NCBI GenBank assembly: GCA_963749915.1
Contig: CAVVOP010000021.1
Span: 32,001-96,000, forward strand
DNA length: 64,000 bases
Direction of reading: 5' to 3'
From: an uncultured cyanobacterium
GTDB lineage: Bacteria; Cyanobacteriota; Cyanobacteriia; Cyanobacteriales; Cyanobacteriaceae
Shown here piece by piece: positions 1 through 10,339 of this stretch. Every line of letters starts with the position of its first letter. The stretch's first letter is position 1. The notes under the pieces are model-generated. The model was not told where the DNA came from, did no database searches, and worked only from the letters and a program-made list of their open reading frames with translations. Made by a program: the position numbers and the translations under genes.

Positions 1-625
1 ACAAATAATCTACTGTTTTAGCTGCAGTATTATCTGCTCTTAATTCTCTTAAAAGAAGTAAATTATTCCACAAATTTTCATTATTTGGTAGCCAAAAAGT
101 TAATTGTTCCAAATAGGATAACCAGAAAAAAAAGAAGGAATCTTTATGGATTTCATGGGCTGATTCATGAGCAATTACGGCGTTTAAATGTTCTTCCGAT
201 AAAAGGTCAATTAATCCACTGCTTATGACCAATTGCAATCGCCAGAAACCCACTTGAGCGGCATAGGGAAAAGAAGTTTCTAAAATTTTAATCTTTTTAC
301 TGCCGATATTTTGCAAAGGATATTCTTTCACCAATCTAGATAATTTCCGAAGATGCCATATTATTTTAAGAAAACTAAATGCAGCAAAAATCAAAAACAA
401 TATTGATAAATAATAACTCCATTTACTAGCCTTTATTCCCCACATTTCCCCATGATAACCCATGAAAAAAACTGTAAAACAAGTCATTAATAAAAGTAAA
501 GGAGGAAAACCAAATAAAAATAAAGATAAGCCCCATTTTTTTTCATATTTTATCCCTTTTAATTGACTGATTAAACGAAGACCATAGGCGATTAATAAAG
601 CCGAAAAAATTAAGATAAAGTGCAT
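1..625 (-). CDS. BlaR1/M56-family membrane zinc metallopeptidase (runs off the window start)
   Basis: ATG at 625 (MHFILIFSALLIAYGLR...), hydrophobic N-terminus, HExxH motif (AVIAHESAHEIHKD); directly downstream of a BlaI-family gene; not in the ORF track. Confidence 0.8.
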   Translation of the reverse strand, partial: MHFILIFSALLIAYGLRLISQLKGIKYEKKWGLSLFLFGFPPLLLLMTCFTVFFMGYHGEMWGIKASKWSYYLSILFLIFAAFSFLKIIWHLRKLSRLVKEYPLQNIGSKKIKILETSFPYAAQVGFWRLQLVISSGLIDLLSEEHLNAVIAHESAHEIHKDSFFFFWLSYLEQLTFWLPNNENLWNNLLLLRELRADNTAAKTVDYL

Positions 626-626
626 T

Positions 627-1049
627 TTAGTTCTTTTCCCCTCTTTGTTGACGAATTTCACTCAAACGATCAGCGATAGCTTGAATTTGTTGTACACTAG
701 CAGTATCCAAACTATCGGCAAAAGAAGCCACTACGTCAGGATTACTAACTGCCAAAAAACTGTTTAATTGTTCATAGGATTGAATAGCTTGTGCTTGTTC
801 ACGGGAAATAAGAGGATACCAGTAAAAAGCACGACTTTTCTTTACATATTTTAACCAACCCTTCTTTGTTAATCGTTGTAAAACCGTCATCACAGAAGCA
901 TAGGCTAATTCTCGTTCGGGATCTGCTAAAATTCTTTCATGAACATCTTTAGCACTAGCAGAACCTAAATCCCAAATAATTTCTAATACTTCTTGTTCTA
1001 AAAACCCTAAGGATAATTTTTCAGGTCGATATTTAGGTAAAAAAGACAT
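627..1049 (-). CDS. BlaI/MecI/CopY family transcriptional repressor
   Basis: LGFLEQEVLEIIW...LAYASVMTVLQRLTKKGWL winged-helix pattern; paired with the M56 peptidase. Confidence 0.9.
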   Translation of the reverse strand: MSFLPKYRPEKLSLGFLEQEVLEIIWDLGSASAKDVHERILADPERELAYASVMTVLQRLTKKGWLKYVKKSRAFYWYPLISREQAQAIQSYEQLNSFLAVSNPDVVASFADSLDTASVQQIQAIADRLSEIRQQRGEKN

Positions 1050-1298
1050 GGATGGTATAAGATCTTAGTTTATTATTGTCTAATTTTATCAGTTCTTTCC
1101 ACAATCAGAAATTCTTAATAAAAAAGGCAATGATTGTTCAGTAGCTTAAGCAGTTAACGACTATGGAGAAGATGGGTCAATTACTGTAATTCAGCCTCAG
1201 AAAATTAAAAGAGGGAGAAATCATTTTTTATATTTTGAAATCTAAATTTGATTTTGAGAAATAACTTGTTAATTTAAGAAAAATAGGAGTACATAAAA

Positions 1299-2135
1299 AT
1301 GGGGTTTAAAACCTTAATGTTTTTGATAGTTATTATAATGATGAGCTTGTTTTTTGTTCAAAACTTAGAATCTATATCATTAGTATTTTTAGGATTTAAG
1401 TCCCTTAGTTTACCGTTATCGTTCTGGGTTATTTTGGCATTATTTGCGGGAATTTTCTCAAGCTTAATAATTCAACTTTTAAGCAACAATCCAACCCCAA
1501 AAACAAAATCTAATCAATCTTTTTCCTCCGACAATATACCCAATAATTTTCCCCCTTCAGCACCATATAATCCCCCACCGGTACCACCATCATTTGCAAA
1601 TAAACCTAAAACTGAAAAAAAAGACTTTTCAAAACCCTCCATTTATACTAAAAATACTGTTCTCAACAATCAATTTGATGAGTCAGAAGGAGATTTTGAT
1701 TTTGACGCTATACCAGAAAATATTAATGAGGATAAGCAAATTTTACAAAAAAAGAATCTGATAAATTCAGAAATCAATAATATTGATGTTAACCCCTTAT
1801 CTGAACAAGAATCTATCCCGTCCACTGAAATAAAGTCAGAAAGGGAATTTACTCCTTCATTATCAGAAGACATAGAAGATATACCCTTAGAAACTATTTT
1901 AAAACCCCGTGAAGCCTCTATTTATTCCTATCAATCCAGAGAAAAAACAGAAATTAAGCCCAAATTATCTACCCCTCAAGGAAATAAACAAAAACAACCA
2001 TCCCCCAATAATCCCAGTAAAAATGATCGAGGCGGAATATATGATGCCCCTTATCGAGTTATTGCCCCTGCCGATGATAATAACGAAGAAATTGATCGTG
2101 ATTTCAATGATGATGACGAAGATTGGGATTTTTAA
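1299..2135 (+). CDS. Hypothetical membrane protein, LapA/DUF1049-like N-terminus with a long low-complexity tail
   Basis: Two N-terminal TM segments (FFVQN...LVFLG...LPLSFW), Pro/acidic tail ending DDDEDWDF. Confidence 0.6.
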   Translation: MGFKTLMFLIVIIMMSLFFVQNLESISLVFLGFKSLSLPLSFWVILALFAGIFSSLIIQLLSNNPTPKTKSNQSFSSDNIPNNFPPSAPYNPPPVPPSFANKPKTEKKDFSKPSIYTKNTVLNNQFDESEGDFDFDAIPENINEDKQILQKKNLINSEINNIDVNPLSEQESIPSTEIKSEREFTPSLSEDIEDIPLETILKPREASIYSYQSREKTEIKPKLSTPQGNKQKQPSPNNPSKNDRGGIYDAPYRVIAPADDNNEEIDRDFNDDDEDWDF

Positions 2136-2192
2136 GACAAATTCCATTCTCTAAAATATTGATGCCACCGCAAGATAAAATATGAAGACAAC

Positions 2193-2226
2193 AAAAAAGC
2201 ACCAATGCCATTGACACTGATACTTT
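2193..2226 (-). terminator. Rho-independent terminator of ssrA
   Basis: Minus strand AGTATCAGTGTC-AAT-GGCATTGGTGCT stem (with G-U pairs) followed by a T run. Confidence 0.7.
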
Positions 2227-2236
2227 CCGAATGTTA

Positions 2237-2622
2237 TGGAGCTGAGCAGAGTCGAACTGCTGTCCAAACTGGTTATTTACCTATCGCTCATTCACAGGCG
2301 TAGCCCCTTTAATCCTCAGGGCGGGAACCATCAATTGTCCCTAATGGTAGGATTTTCCAGTGTTTTCTTAACTCGGTGACGGACTAGAAACCTTCACAGA
2401 GAGCATCCGTTGAGGGTTGCCTATAATACTTAACGGAGTCATACCATAAGCGCTCGAACCGAAATTAGGTCTTAGGCAGCAACAGGTGCAGCTTTACGAG
2501 CAAAAGGAACGATGTTGTTCGCAGTTACATTTTTTTTGAGTCCGGTATTTCCGAGAGAAGACTCACTCTCGACCTGGATCACGGGTCAGCTTTCACCAAC
2601 CTGTCGAAACCGTTACAGCCCC
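2237..2622 (-). ncRNA. ssrA: tmRNA
   Basis: 5' GGGGCTGTAACGGTTTCGACAGG; 3' GCAGTTCGACTCTGCTCAGCTCCA T-arm/acceptor; tag ORF 2522-2472 encodes ANNIVPFARKAAPVAA*. Confidence 0.97.
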
Positions 2623-2772
2623 CTTCTACTATCATTATAACTCTTATTTTTATAACTAGCAAATCTAAGTTAAACGTAACGAAATATTAATAAACTCTAG
2701 GGAAAAAGTCGGCGATCGCCTTAAACTAAGAAAACAGTCATTATTTATTTAACCCCATTAAAATATAAAACT

Positions 2773-3765
2773 ATGTTTCCTCTTAATCGCCCCCGTCGTT
2801 TGCGTCAGAATCCCCAACTACGACGCATGGTACAAGAAACAGTATTAACCCCTAGCGATTTAATTTATCCCTTATTTGCTGTGCCGGGCAATGCCATCGC
2901 CAAGGAAGTAAAATCCATGCCCGGAGTATATCAGTTATCGGTGGATAAAATTGTGGAAGAAGCCAAAGAAGTCTTTGATTTAGGCATTCCCGCTATTATT
3001 TTATTTGGGATTCCGACGGATAAAGACAATGACGCTACAGGAGCATGGCATGATTGTGGAATAGTCCAAAAAGCCGCTACCGCAGTCAAAAAATCCGTAC
3101 CAGATTTAATTGTCATCGCCGATACTTGCCTTTGCGAATACACCCCTCATGGCCATTGTGGTTATTTAGAGGTAGGAGATTTAGCCGGACGAGTCTTAAA
3201 TGATCCTACCCTAGAATTACTAAAAAAAACCGCCGTTTCTCAGGCCGAAGCTGGTGCTGATATTATTGCACCTTCTGGTATGATGGACGGTTTTGTTACT
3301 TCTATCCGACAGGCTTTAGACGAGGCTGGTTTTGAAAATACCCCGATTCTTTCCTATGCCGCTAAGTATGCCTCTGCTTATTATGGTCCCTTCCGAGATG
3401 CCGCCGAATCCGCGCCTAGTCATGGGGATCGCCGTACCTATCAAATGAATCCAGCAAACGCCCTTGAGGCCTTGAAAGAGGTAGAATTAGACATCGCCGA
3501 GGGTGCGGATATGTTGATGGTAAAACCGGCCTTATCCTATATGGACATAATCTGGCGTGTGAAAGAAAGAACCAATTTACCTGTAGCCGCCTATAACGTG
3601 TCGGGAGAATATTCTATGGTAAAAGCCGCCGCGCTTAACGGTTGGATAGATGAGAAAAAAGTAACTCTTGAAACCTTAACTAGCTTCAAACGTGCCGGGT
3701 CCGACTTAATTTTAACATATCATGCTAAAGACGCAGTGCGTTGGCTCAATGAAATAAGTTTTTAA
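2773..3765 (+). CDS. hemB: Porphobilinogen synthase
   Basis: [30 protein letters not shown] and MVKPA motifs. Confidence 0.97.
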   Translation: MFPLNRPRRLRQNPQLRRMVQETVLTPSDLIYPLFAVPGNAIAKEVKSMPGVYQLSVDKIVEEAKEVFDLGIPAIILFGIPTDKDNDATGAWHDCGIVQKAATAVKKSVPDLIVIADTCLCEYTPHGHCGYLEVGDLAGRVLNDPTLELLKKTAVSQAEAGADIIAPSGMMDGFVTSIRQALDEAGFENTPILSYAAKYASAYYGPFRDAAESAPSHGDRRTYQMNPANALEALKEVELDIAEGADMLMVKPALSYMDIIWRVKERTNLPVAAYNVSGEYSMVKAAALNGWIDEKKVTLETLTSFKRAGSDLILTYHAKDAVRWLNEISF

Positions 3766-3846
3766 TCCCCCTCACGAAAAGTTTTTCAACAACCCCTAGT
3801 TATGAGTTGTTTTTTCCATTAAATTAAATTGAATTGAAAAAAAATT

Positions 3847-4635
3847 ATGAAATTCAGATCAGAAATTTCCAAGTATTCTCGTATTTTTATCGGTTTAACT
3901 CTTTTTCTCTCACCCATAGCGATAATTTATCCCAACTTCCAAAATCAAGTACTAGCCCAAAATAATCGAATTAGTTTACTAAATCAAGGAAAAGGCACAT
4001 TTTCTTTAGGTGGCAAAAAAAGAGATAATGTGACATCTGTATCAGTGATATTACAAAATGATCAAGCTCAAGTTAGCTTCTTTTTAGGTAACAACCAAAT
4101 TATTCGCTTTGGCGGTACATTTACCCGACAAACCCCCCAACAAGTCAGAATTAATCTCACCAATTCAGGTACTGCTGATGCTGGAGGAAGTCTATTACTG
4201 GAATATCATAATAATAATGTTACTCAATTAAATGGTCAAGGTACTCTTGATGGTGAAAAATTTAATCTTCTTTTTAGAGGAGATAAAGCCAGTTCTCAAG
4301 CGGAAAAGAATAATAACCTAAATATTCAGCAAGAGGGAGAAGGCTTATTTAATCTACAATCAAGACAAGCACAGCATATTACTTTTGTGGTAGTGACAGT
4401 TGATAACCACCAAAAAGCTAGAGTTTCTTTAGGTTTAAAGAATGGTAATGTTATCAATTTTGAAGGCAAACCAGCTCAAAGAGATGCTTATAGTATTAGA
4501 ATCAATGTTAATAACTCTGGTATGGCATCGGCTACGGGATTTTTTACTGTTGAATTAGCTGCCAATAATTCTATTAGTAATTTAATTGGACAAGGAAATA
4601 TTGACGGACAAACTTTTTTAGCGAATTTTAGATAA
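3847..4635 (+). CDS. Secreted hypothetical protein with two tandem ~105-aa beta-rich domains
   Basis: Signal-peptide-like N-terminus (…VLAQ); two alignable repeats ending GQGTLDGEKFNLLFR and GQGNIDGQTFLANFR. Confidence 0.6.
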   Translation: MKFRSEISKYSRIFIGLTLFLSPIAIIYPNFQNQVLAQNNRISLLNQGKGTFSLGGKKRDNVTSVSVILQNDQAQVSFFLGNNQIIRFGGTFTRQTPQQVRINLTNSGTADAGGSLLLEYHNNNVTQLNGQGTLDGEKFNLLFRGDKASSQAEKNNNLNIQQEGEGLFNLQSRQAQHITFVVVTVDNHQKARVSLGLKNGNVINFEGKPAQRDAYSIRINVNNSGMASATGFFTVELAANNSISNLIGQGNIDGQTFLANFR

Positions 4636-4690
4636 CTGAGATTACCTAGCCTCAAGTAACTTTTTTATATCCTGAGATCACAGTTGTTTA

Positions 4691-6070
4691 CTATTTTCCG
4701 ATACAAAAACGGCTAAAAATACGATCTAATATTGACTCAGTTACTTCTTCTCCTGTGATTTCTCCTAATGCTTGAATAGCAATGCGTAAATCGATAGTCC
4801 AAAAATCGAGAGGCAGTTGATTTTTGATGGTTTCTTCTACTTGAATTAAGGCTAATTTTGCCCGGGTTAAGGCGGCGGCTTGCCGTTGATTTATGGCGAT
4901 GTCTAAATCTTGGGCGGCAGTTTCTCCCCTTTGAATTGTCTTGACGATGGCACTTTCTAAGGCTTCTATTCCCTCATTTATGGCTACAGCGGCGACTACC
5001 ACCCGCTTGATTTCTGAGGGGTATTTAACAGTGTCGGCATTGGCTATATCGGTTTTATTAATGACTAAAATTAGGTTCAATTCTCGGATTTGTTGATAAA
5101 TTTCTTGATCTTCTTGAGTCCATCCTGTGGTAGCATCGACAGTAAAGAGGATTAAATCAGCTTGTGATACCACTTTAAGCGATCGCTCTACACCAATTTT
5201 TTCGACAGTATCTTCGGTTTCTCTAATTCCTGCGGTGTCTAAAACTTGAATGGGGATACCTTGCACCACTAACTGAGATTCTACCACGTCCCTAGTGGTT
5301 CCAGGCAAGTTGGTGACAATAGCTCGATCGCTTTTACTCCAAGTATTCAAAAGGCTGGATTTACCGACATTCGGACGCCCCACAATGGCGACTTTGACGC
5401 CACTGCGCAATAATTCCCCTTGATCTTTGGTAGCTAAAATATATTTAACTCGACCTAAATTATTATCTAAATCCTGCTTAATTTGCACTTCATCGAGAGG
5501 GGGTAAATCCTCCTCAAAATCAATTCTCGCCTCAACTTCCGCTAAAATATCCAATAAGGAATGACGAATTTGGCGAATAGGTTGGGCTAATTTGCCTCGT
5601 AAACCAGCTAAGGCAATATAGGAGGCCTGAGAAGATTTTGCCCCCACAATTTCAGCGACACTTTCCGCCATCGTTAAGTCAATTCTACCGTTTAAAAAGG
5701 CTCTGAGGGTAAATTCTCCCGCACTGGCTAATCTTGCACCGGATTCTAAGCATAACTCTAAAACTTGTTGTACGGGAATAATGCCCCCGTGACAGTGAAA
5801 TTCGATGACATCTTCACGGGTATAAGATCGAGGTGATAGCATTAATAATACTAAAACTTCATCAATGATTTGTGTTGTCTCAGGATTTCGAATATAACCG
5901 TAAAGGATTTGATGAGATTCCCATGACGGCTTACCTTGAGGCTTAAAAATTTTTTGGGTAATATCTAAAGCTGTGGCACCACTTAGCCTCACAATACCGA
6001 TGCTACCCTGGTTTGGCACAACTGCCGAGGCGATCGCGACAATAGTTTCTTGTTGAATTATCTTTTTCAC
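4691..6070 (-). CDS. mnmE: tRNA modification GTPase MnmE
   Basis: [27 protein letters not shown] and C-terminal FSRFCIGK. Confidence 0.97.
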   Translation of the reverse strand: MKKIIQQETIVAIASAVVPNQGSIGIVRLSGATALDITQKIFKPQGKPSWESHQILYGYIRNPETTQIIDEVLVLLMLSPRSYTREDVIEFHCHGGIIPVQQVLELCLESGARLASAGEFTLRAFLNGRIDLTMAESVAEIVGAKSSQASYIALAGLRGKLAQPIRQIRHSLLDILAEVEARIDFEEDLPPLDEVQIKQDLDNNLGRVKYILATKDQGELLRSGVKVAIVGRPNVGKSSLLNTWSKSDRAIVTNLPGTTRDVVESQLVVQGIPIQVLDTAGIRETEDTVEKIGVERSLKVVSQADLILFTVDATTGWTQEDQEIYQQIRELNLILVINKTDIANADTVKYPSEIKRVVVAAVAINEGIEALESAIVKTIQRGETAAQDLDIAINQRQAAALTRAKLALIQVEETIKNQLPLDFWTIDLRIAIQALGEITGEEVTESILDRIFSRFCIGK

Positions 6071-6162
6071 TATTTTATACTAAAAGCAAAAAGCAAAAGC
6101 TAATTACTTGGGCAAGTGCAATTTACCCCTATATTGTTAATTGTTAATTATTCATTTACTAA

Positions 6163-6288
6163 CTAGCTTTGTTTGTTTAAGAATTTTTGTGCTTGACTGA
6201 TGGCCAGTGTACCGATATTAAATACAGCCCAACCACCTGCGATCGCTAAAGGTAATACAACGATTAAAATTCTCCAATCAAAATCCAT
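6163..6288 (-). CDS. psbY: Photosystem II protein Y
   Basis: Manual translation MDFDWRILIVVLPLAIAGGWAVFNIGTLAISQAQKFLNKQS*; below the ORF-track cutoff. Confidence 0.92.
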   Translation of the reverse strand: MDFDWRILIVVLPLAIAGGWAVFNIGTLAISQAQKFLNKQS

Positions 6289-6586
6289 ATTTAATACTCC
6301 TGTTTCTATAATTCTCTTCCATTAGAAAATGATAACATTTGTTGCAATCATTCAACAGGAGAAATAGTAATTTAGAGAAAAAATATTGTGTTACCAAAGT
6401 ATTGTCAAACTTATAATTTTTAGTGAATAAAAAGTTATTGCTAGTTATTGCTGAAAGTCTCACAAAGACGCAAAAATGGAAAGGATAAACCGGGTGGTTA
6501 TATCTTTGTTGCTGAACAAGAAAAAAATAATATTCTTGCGGATTATCTTTCTGCCTTCGCTCCGTCAGGAGCTTATTACTTAAATG

Positions 6587-7528
6587 CTATAATGTTACGA
6601 TGCCATGAGAACACACTTGGGTTACCCAACAATTTAAGTTTGGATCATTAATGTTTTTTTGTACTTCAGATGCGATCGATTCTGCCCGAGTTTGATTATC
6701 ACACAAAGCAAATACGGTGGAACCTGATCCTGACATCATAGCACCTAAAACATTTTTAGCCTTAAAGGCGTTAATTAAGGCTTGTACCTGGGGAAATTCG
6801 GCTAAAACGACTTTTTCCAAGTCATTATATAATAATGCTCCAATTTGCCGGGAATTTTTATTACTGATGGCCTTAACTAAATTCCCACTATGAACTTGAT
6901 GAGTACGTTGATTAACACTGTGAGAATCGGAGATGTAAAGATGATTAAATTGCTCTCGGTAGCTATTATAAGCCCAAGAGGTAGAAATACTTAAATTGCT
7001 GTATTTTGCCAAAATAACCCAAATATCGCTTAAATCTGGTAGCGGTTCGATTTCTTCTCCCCTACCGGTGGCGATCGCCGTGCCTCCAGAAATACAAAAA
7101 GGTACATCCGAACCCAATAAAGCCCCAAAATCTCGTAATTCAGGTTGAGTTAAACCCAGCGACCACATTAAATTAATTCCAACTAACACTGCCGCGGCAT
7201 TGGTTGAACCTCCTGCTAAACCCGCCGCCACAGGGATATTTTTCTCGATCATAATGTCAAAACCGCCAAAATTTTGGGCAGGTTTGGGAAATTGTTGTTG
7301 CATCAAATAAGCGGCTTTATAGGCTAAGTTGCTATTATCGAGGGGTACTTGCGGATTTTGACAAAAGAGGCGGATTTCATCGGTACCATTAGCCCTTAAA
7401 TGAATTATATCCCCCAGATTAATGCTTTGCATAATCATCACTAATTGATGATAACCGTCGGGGCGATCACCTATGATTTCCAGGTGAAGATTAATTTTGG
7501 CAGGTGCAAATAGAGAGTAAGATTGCAT
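6587..7528 (-). CDS. ispE: 4-diphosphocytidyl-2-C-methyl-D-erythritol kinase
   Basis: APAKINLHL, KNIPVAAGLAGGS, LGSDVPF and MSGSGS motifs. Confidence 0.96.
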   Translation of the reverse strand: MQSYSLFAPAKINLHLEIIGDRPDGYHQLVMIMQSINLGDIIHLRANGTDEIRLFCQNPQVPLDNSNLAYKAAYLMQQQFPKPAQNFGGFDIMIEKNIPVAAGLAGGSTNAAAVLVGINLMWSLGLTQPELRDFGALLGSDVPFCISGGTAIATGRGEEIEPLPDLSDIWVILAKYSNLSISTSWAYNSYREQFNHLYISDSHSVNQRTHQVHSGNLVKAISNKNSRQIGALLYNDLEKVVLAEFPQVQALINAFKAKNVLGAMMSGSGSTVFALCDNQTRAESIASEVQKNINDPNLNCWVTQVCSHGIVTL

Positions 7529-7564
7529 AGAATTTAATAGTCAAAGCAACAATAACAATAATAT

Positions 7565-7846
7565 ATGAGTACAGATCAAAAACACCCATTAGGTCATATT
7601 GATCGGGAAATCATCAAAAAAATTTTTGTCGAAGGTAAAACTGATTATAATTTAGCGGAAGTCGCACGCCTGAAAATGCGTTATCAAAATTTTCCGGGGG
7701 CTAGAGATATTCAATATGATTTAGAATCCATTTTACAACAATGGGAATTAACGGAAGAAGAACTTTTTGCGGAAACAAGAATTTTACATAATAAGGGAAA
7801 AATATATCGTAAACATAAAGAAGATGAAAACGAAGATTGGATTTAA
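7565..7846 (+). CDS. DUF3288-like cyanobacterial conserved protein
   Basis: DQKHP...YNLAEVARLKMRYQNFPGARDIQ pattern. Confidence 0.75.
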   Translation: MSTDQKHPLGHIDREIIKKIFVEGKTDYNLAEVARLKMRYQNFPGARDIQYDLESILQQWELTEEELFAETRILHNKGKIYRKHKEDENEDWI

Positions 7847-7908
7847 AATTCTGAAAAAATTTATCATATCCATCTAAACTAGAAGAGCCAAAATTATCAC
7901 TTATTTTT

Positions 7909-8571
7909 TTATTTTTTCATTGCCAAAGTTAAACCATCTGCCATAGAAATCATACTTAGATCAATGCGATTGTCTTGGAATAATTGAGTGTTAAATTCCC
8001 TAATTTTTTGAGTTCTATTATCATTAACATTATTATCGGCTACTTTGCCATGCCAAAGTACATTATCAATGACAATTAAACCACCTTTTCTAAGTAATGG
8101 TAAGGATTTTTCATAATAATTATGATAGTTACTTTTATCCCCATCAATAAAGACAAAATCAAAGGTTTCTGTTTCTCCGTTAGTAATTAATTCTTCTAAA
8201 GTTTGTAAAGCTGGTTTAAGATATAAGGTAATTTTACGGGCGACTTGGGCTTTTTGCCAATAACGTTGTGCAATATCGGTAAAATCTTCCCGTATATCAC
8301 AGGCGATAAGTTTTCCATCTTCTGGTAATGCTAAAGCCATGGCAGTAGAACTGTAGCCCATAAAGACACCGATTTCAAGAATCTTTTTTACCCCCATTAA
8401 TTTAATTAATAATGCCAAAAATTGGGCTTGATCCGGTGAAATTTGCATTTTTCCTAGGGGGTGAGAGGAGGCTTCTTGCCGTAATTCCTGTAAGATTTTC
8501 GACTCTCTTAAAGATACTGATAACAAATATTCGTATAATTGAGGGGATAGGTCTAAATTTTTGATGGCCAT
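7909..8571 (-). CDS. Class I SAM-dependent O-methyltransferase (CCoAOMT-like)
   Basis: LEIGVFMGYS, FDFVFIDGDK and IDNVLWHG motifs. Confidence 0.9.
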   Translation of the reverse strand: MAIKNLDLSPQLYEYLLSVSLRESKILQELRQEASSHPLGKMQISPDQAQFLALLIKLMGVKKILEIGVFMGYSSTAMALALPEDGKLIACDIREDFTDIAQRYWQKAQVARKITLYLKPALQTLEELITNGETETFDFVFIDGDKSNYHNYYEKSLPLLRKGGLIVIDNVLWHGKVADNNVNDNRTQKIREFNTQLFQDNRIDLSMISMADGLTLAMKK

Positions 8572-8721
8572 TTTTAGACAATGGAGAATTAATAATTCGT
8601 TAAAGTATTAAGCTGTCGGGAAAAATTAACAATAAATCAACTATCCGCTATTCTATGGGCAGGATATCCTAACTGCTCGACAAATGTCAACTGTTAACTG
8701 TCAATGATTAATTACTAATTT

Positions 8722-10281
8722 ATGTTTAATTTATCGGATAATTTCATTACCATAGCTATTACTTTAGTCGCTCTAATAATCATTATTTGGGGTTATAATC
8801 GAGCTAAACCTTTTGGCGAAATAGGCATTTTAGCATGGTTACAATCTCTAGCCTTAATGACTCCTTGGTTGGTTTTTTTTGGTTTATTAGCCACAGGTAT
8901 ATATATTAGTCTTATCGCTGTTATTTTACTTTTAGTTTTATCGGCAAGTATTTATATTTATATAGGTAATTTAATTAGAAAAAAAGCTGGGGATAATGCT
9001 AATAGGAATTTAGATGAGGTTAAAAAGCAATTAACCTTGAAGCTAAAAGAAAATGAACAAGAAGGAAACAAAGAGGAAAATGCATCATTAAATAATAAAC
9101 CTAGCACTTTTAAAGAGAGTCAATTTCCTCTTAAAATAGAACAAATACAACCAAATTTTACTCCTCTTAATGAAGAAGATTTAAAGATTATTAAAACTAT
9201 TTTCGGTATCGATACTTTTTTTATTACTGAAACGATTCCCTATCAGGAAGGAGTTATTTTAAAGGGGAATTTACGAGGAGAAGCCGATTATACTCACCAA
9301 CATTTGACGGAAAAATTAACAGAAAAATTAGGAGATAAATACCGTTTATTTTTGGTAGAAACCCCCGAAGGAAAACCCGTTGTTATCATTTTACCTAGTA
9401 CTAACGATCCTAAACCCTTAACCTTAGTACAGAAAAATTTAGCCCTAGTGTTATTTTTAGCCACTATTTTTACTACCATGGAAGCGATCGCCTTACTGTT
9501 AGGATTTGATTTAATTGGTAATTGGAATCGTTATCAAGAAGTTCTACCCTTATGTATCGGTTTATGGGTGATTTTATTCGCTCACGAAATGGGACATCAA
9601 ATTATCGGTGCTAAAAATAACGTTAAAATTAGCTTACCTTTCTTCTTGCCTACCATCCAAATTGGAAGTTTTGGTGCTATTACTCGTTTTGAATCTATCA
9701 TCCCTAACCGTTCTGTCTTATTTGATGTTTCTTTTGCCGGACCAGCCGCTGGATTTGCTGTCTCTTTAGTGATATTACTTTTGGGTTTATTGATGTCCAA
9801 TGGTGAAAATGCTTTTGAAATTCCCACTAACTTTTTTCAGGGTTCAATATTAGTGGGTCTTTTAGCAAAATTATTTTTCAATTCTGCCTTACAAGGTGAC
9901 ACTGTGGGGGTAAATCCCTTAACGATTTTAGGTTGGTTAGGGTTAGTTATTACCGCCTTAAATCTCTTACCTGCAGGTCAATTAGATGGTGGTAGAATCA
10001 TTCAAGCAATCTATGGTAGAAAAACCTGTCGCCGTTCTACTATTGGCACATTAGTCATTTTAGGTATTGTTAGCATCCTCAACCCTATTAATTCTTTACC
10101 CTTTTATTGGGCGATCGTAATTTTATTTTTACAAAGAGATTTAGAGCGTCCTAGCTTAAATGAAATAACTGAACCTGATGATACCAGAGCGGCTTGGGGA
10201 TTAATATTAATTTTCTTATCCTTAACTACTTTAATCCCTATCACTCCGACTTTAGCTAGTCGTTTAGGTATCGGTTTTTAA
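8722..10281 (+). CDS. Site-2 protease (M50 family)
   Basis: HEMGH and NLLPAGQLDGG motifs; multiple TM segments. Confidence 0.92.
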   Translation: MFNLSDNFITIAITLVALIIIIWGYNRAKPFGEIGILAWLQSLALMTPWLVFFGLLATGIYISLIAVILLLVLSASIYIYIGNLIRKKAGDNANRNLDEVKKQLTLKLKENEQEGNKEENASLNNKPSTFKESQFPLKIEQIQPNFTPLNEEDLKIIKTIFGIDTFFITETIPYQEGVILKGNLRGEADYTHQHLTEKLTEKLGDKYRLFLVETPEGKPVVIILPSTNDPKPLTLVQKNLALVLFLATIFTTMEAIALLLGFDLIGNWNRYQEVLPLCIGLWVILFAHEMGHQIIGAKNNVKISLPFFLPTIQIGSFGAITRFESIIPNRSVLFDVSFAGPAAGFAVSLVILLLGLLMSNGENAFEIPTNFFQGSILVGLLAKLFFNSALQGDTVGVNPLTILGWLGLVITALNLLPAGQLDGGRIIQAIYGRKTCRRSTIGTLVILGIVSILNPINSLPFYWAIVILFLQRDLERPSLNEITEPDDTRAAWGLILIFLSLTTLIPITPTLASRLGIGF

Positions 10282-10339
10282 TGGATAATTAATAATTTAG
10301 AATTTATTTCCTAAGTTATTTTGTCCCCACCAAGAGATG

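Noticed and set aside
2237..2622. tmRNA (and tRNA-Leu at 48990) as integration sites
   Set aside because: No duplicated 3' ends or integrase seen; the neighbours are ordinary host genes
6278..6651. Short ORFs between psbY and ispE
   Set aside because: No recognisable motifs; they overlap psbY or ispE. The + ORF could be a gene fragment but is unsupported
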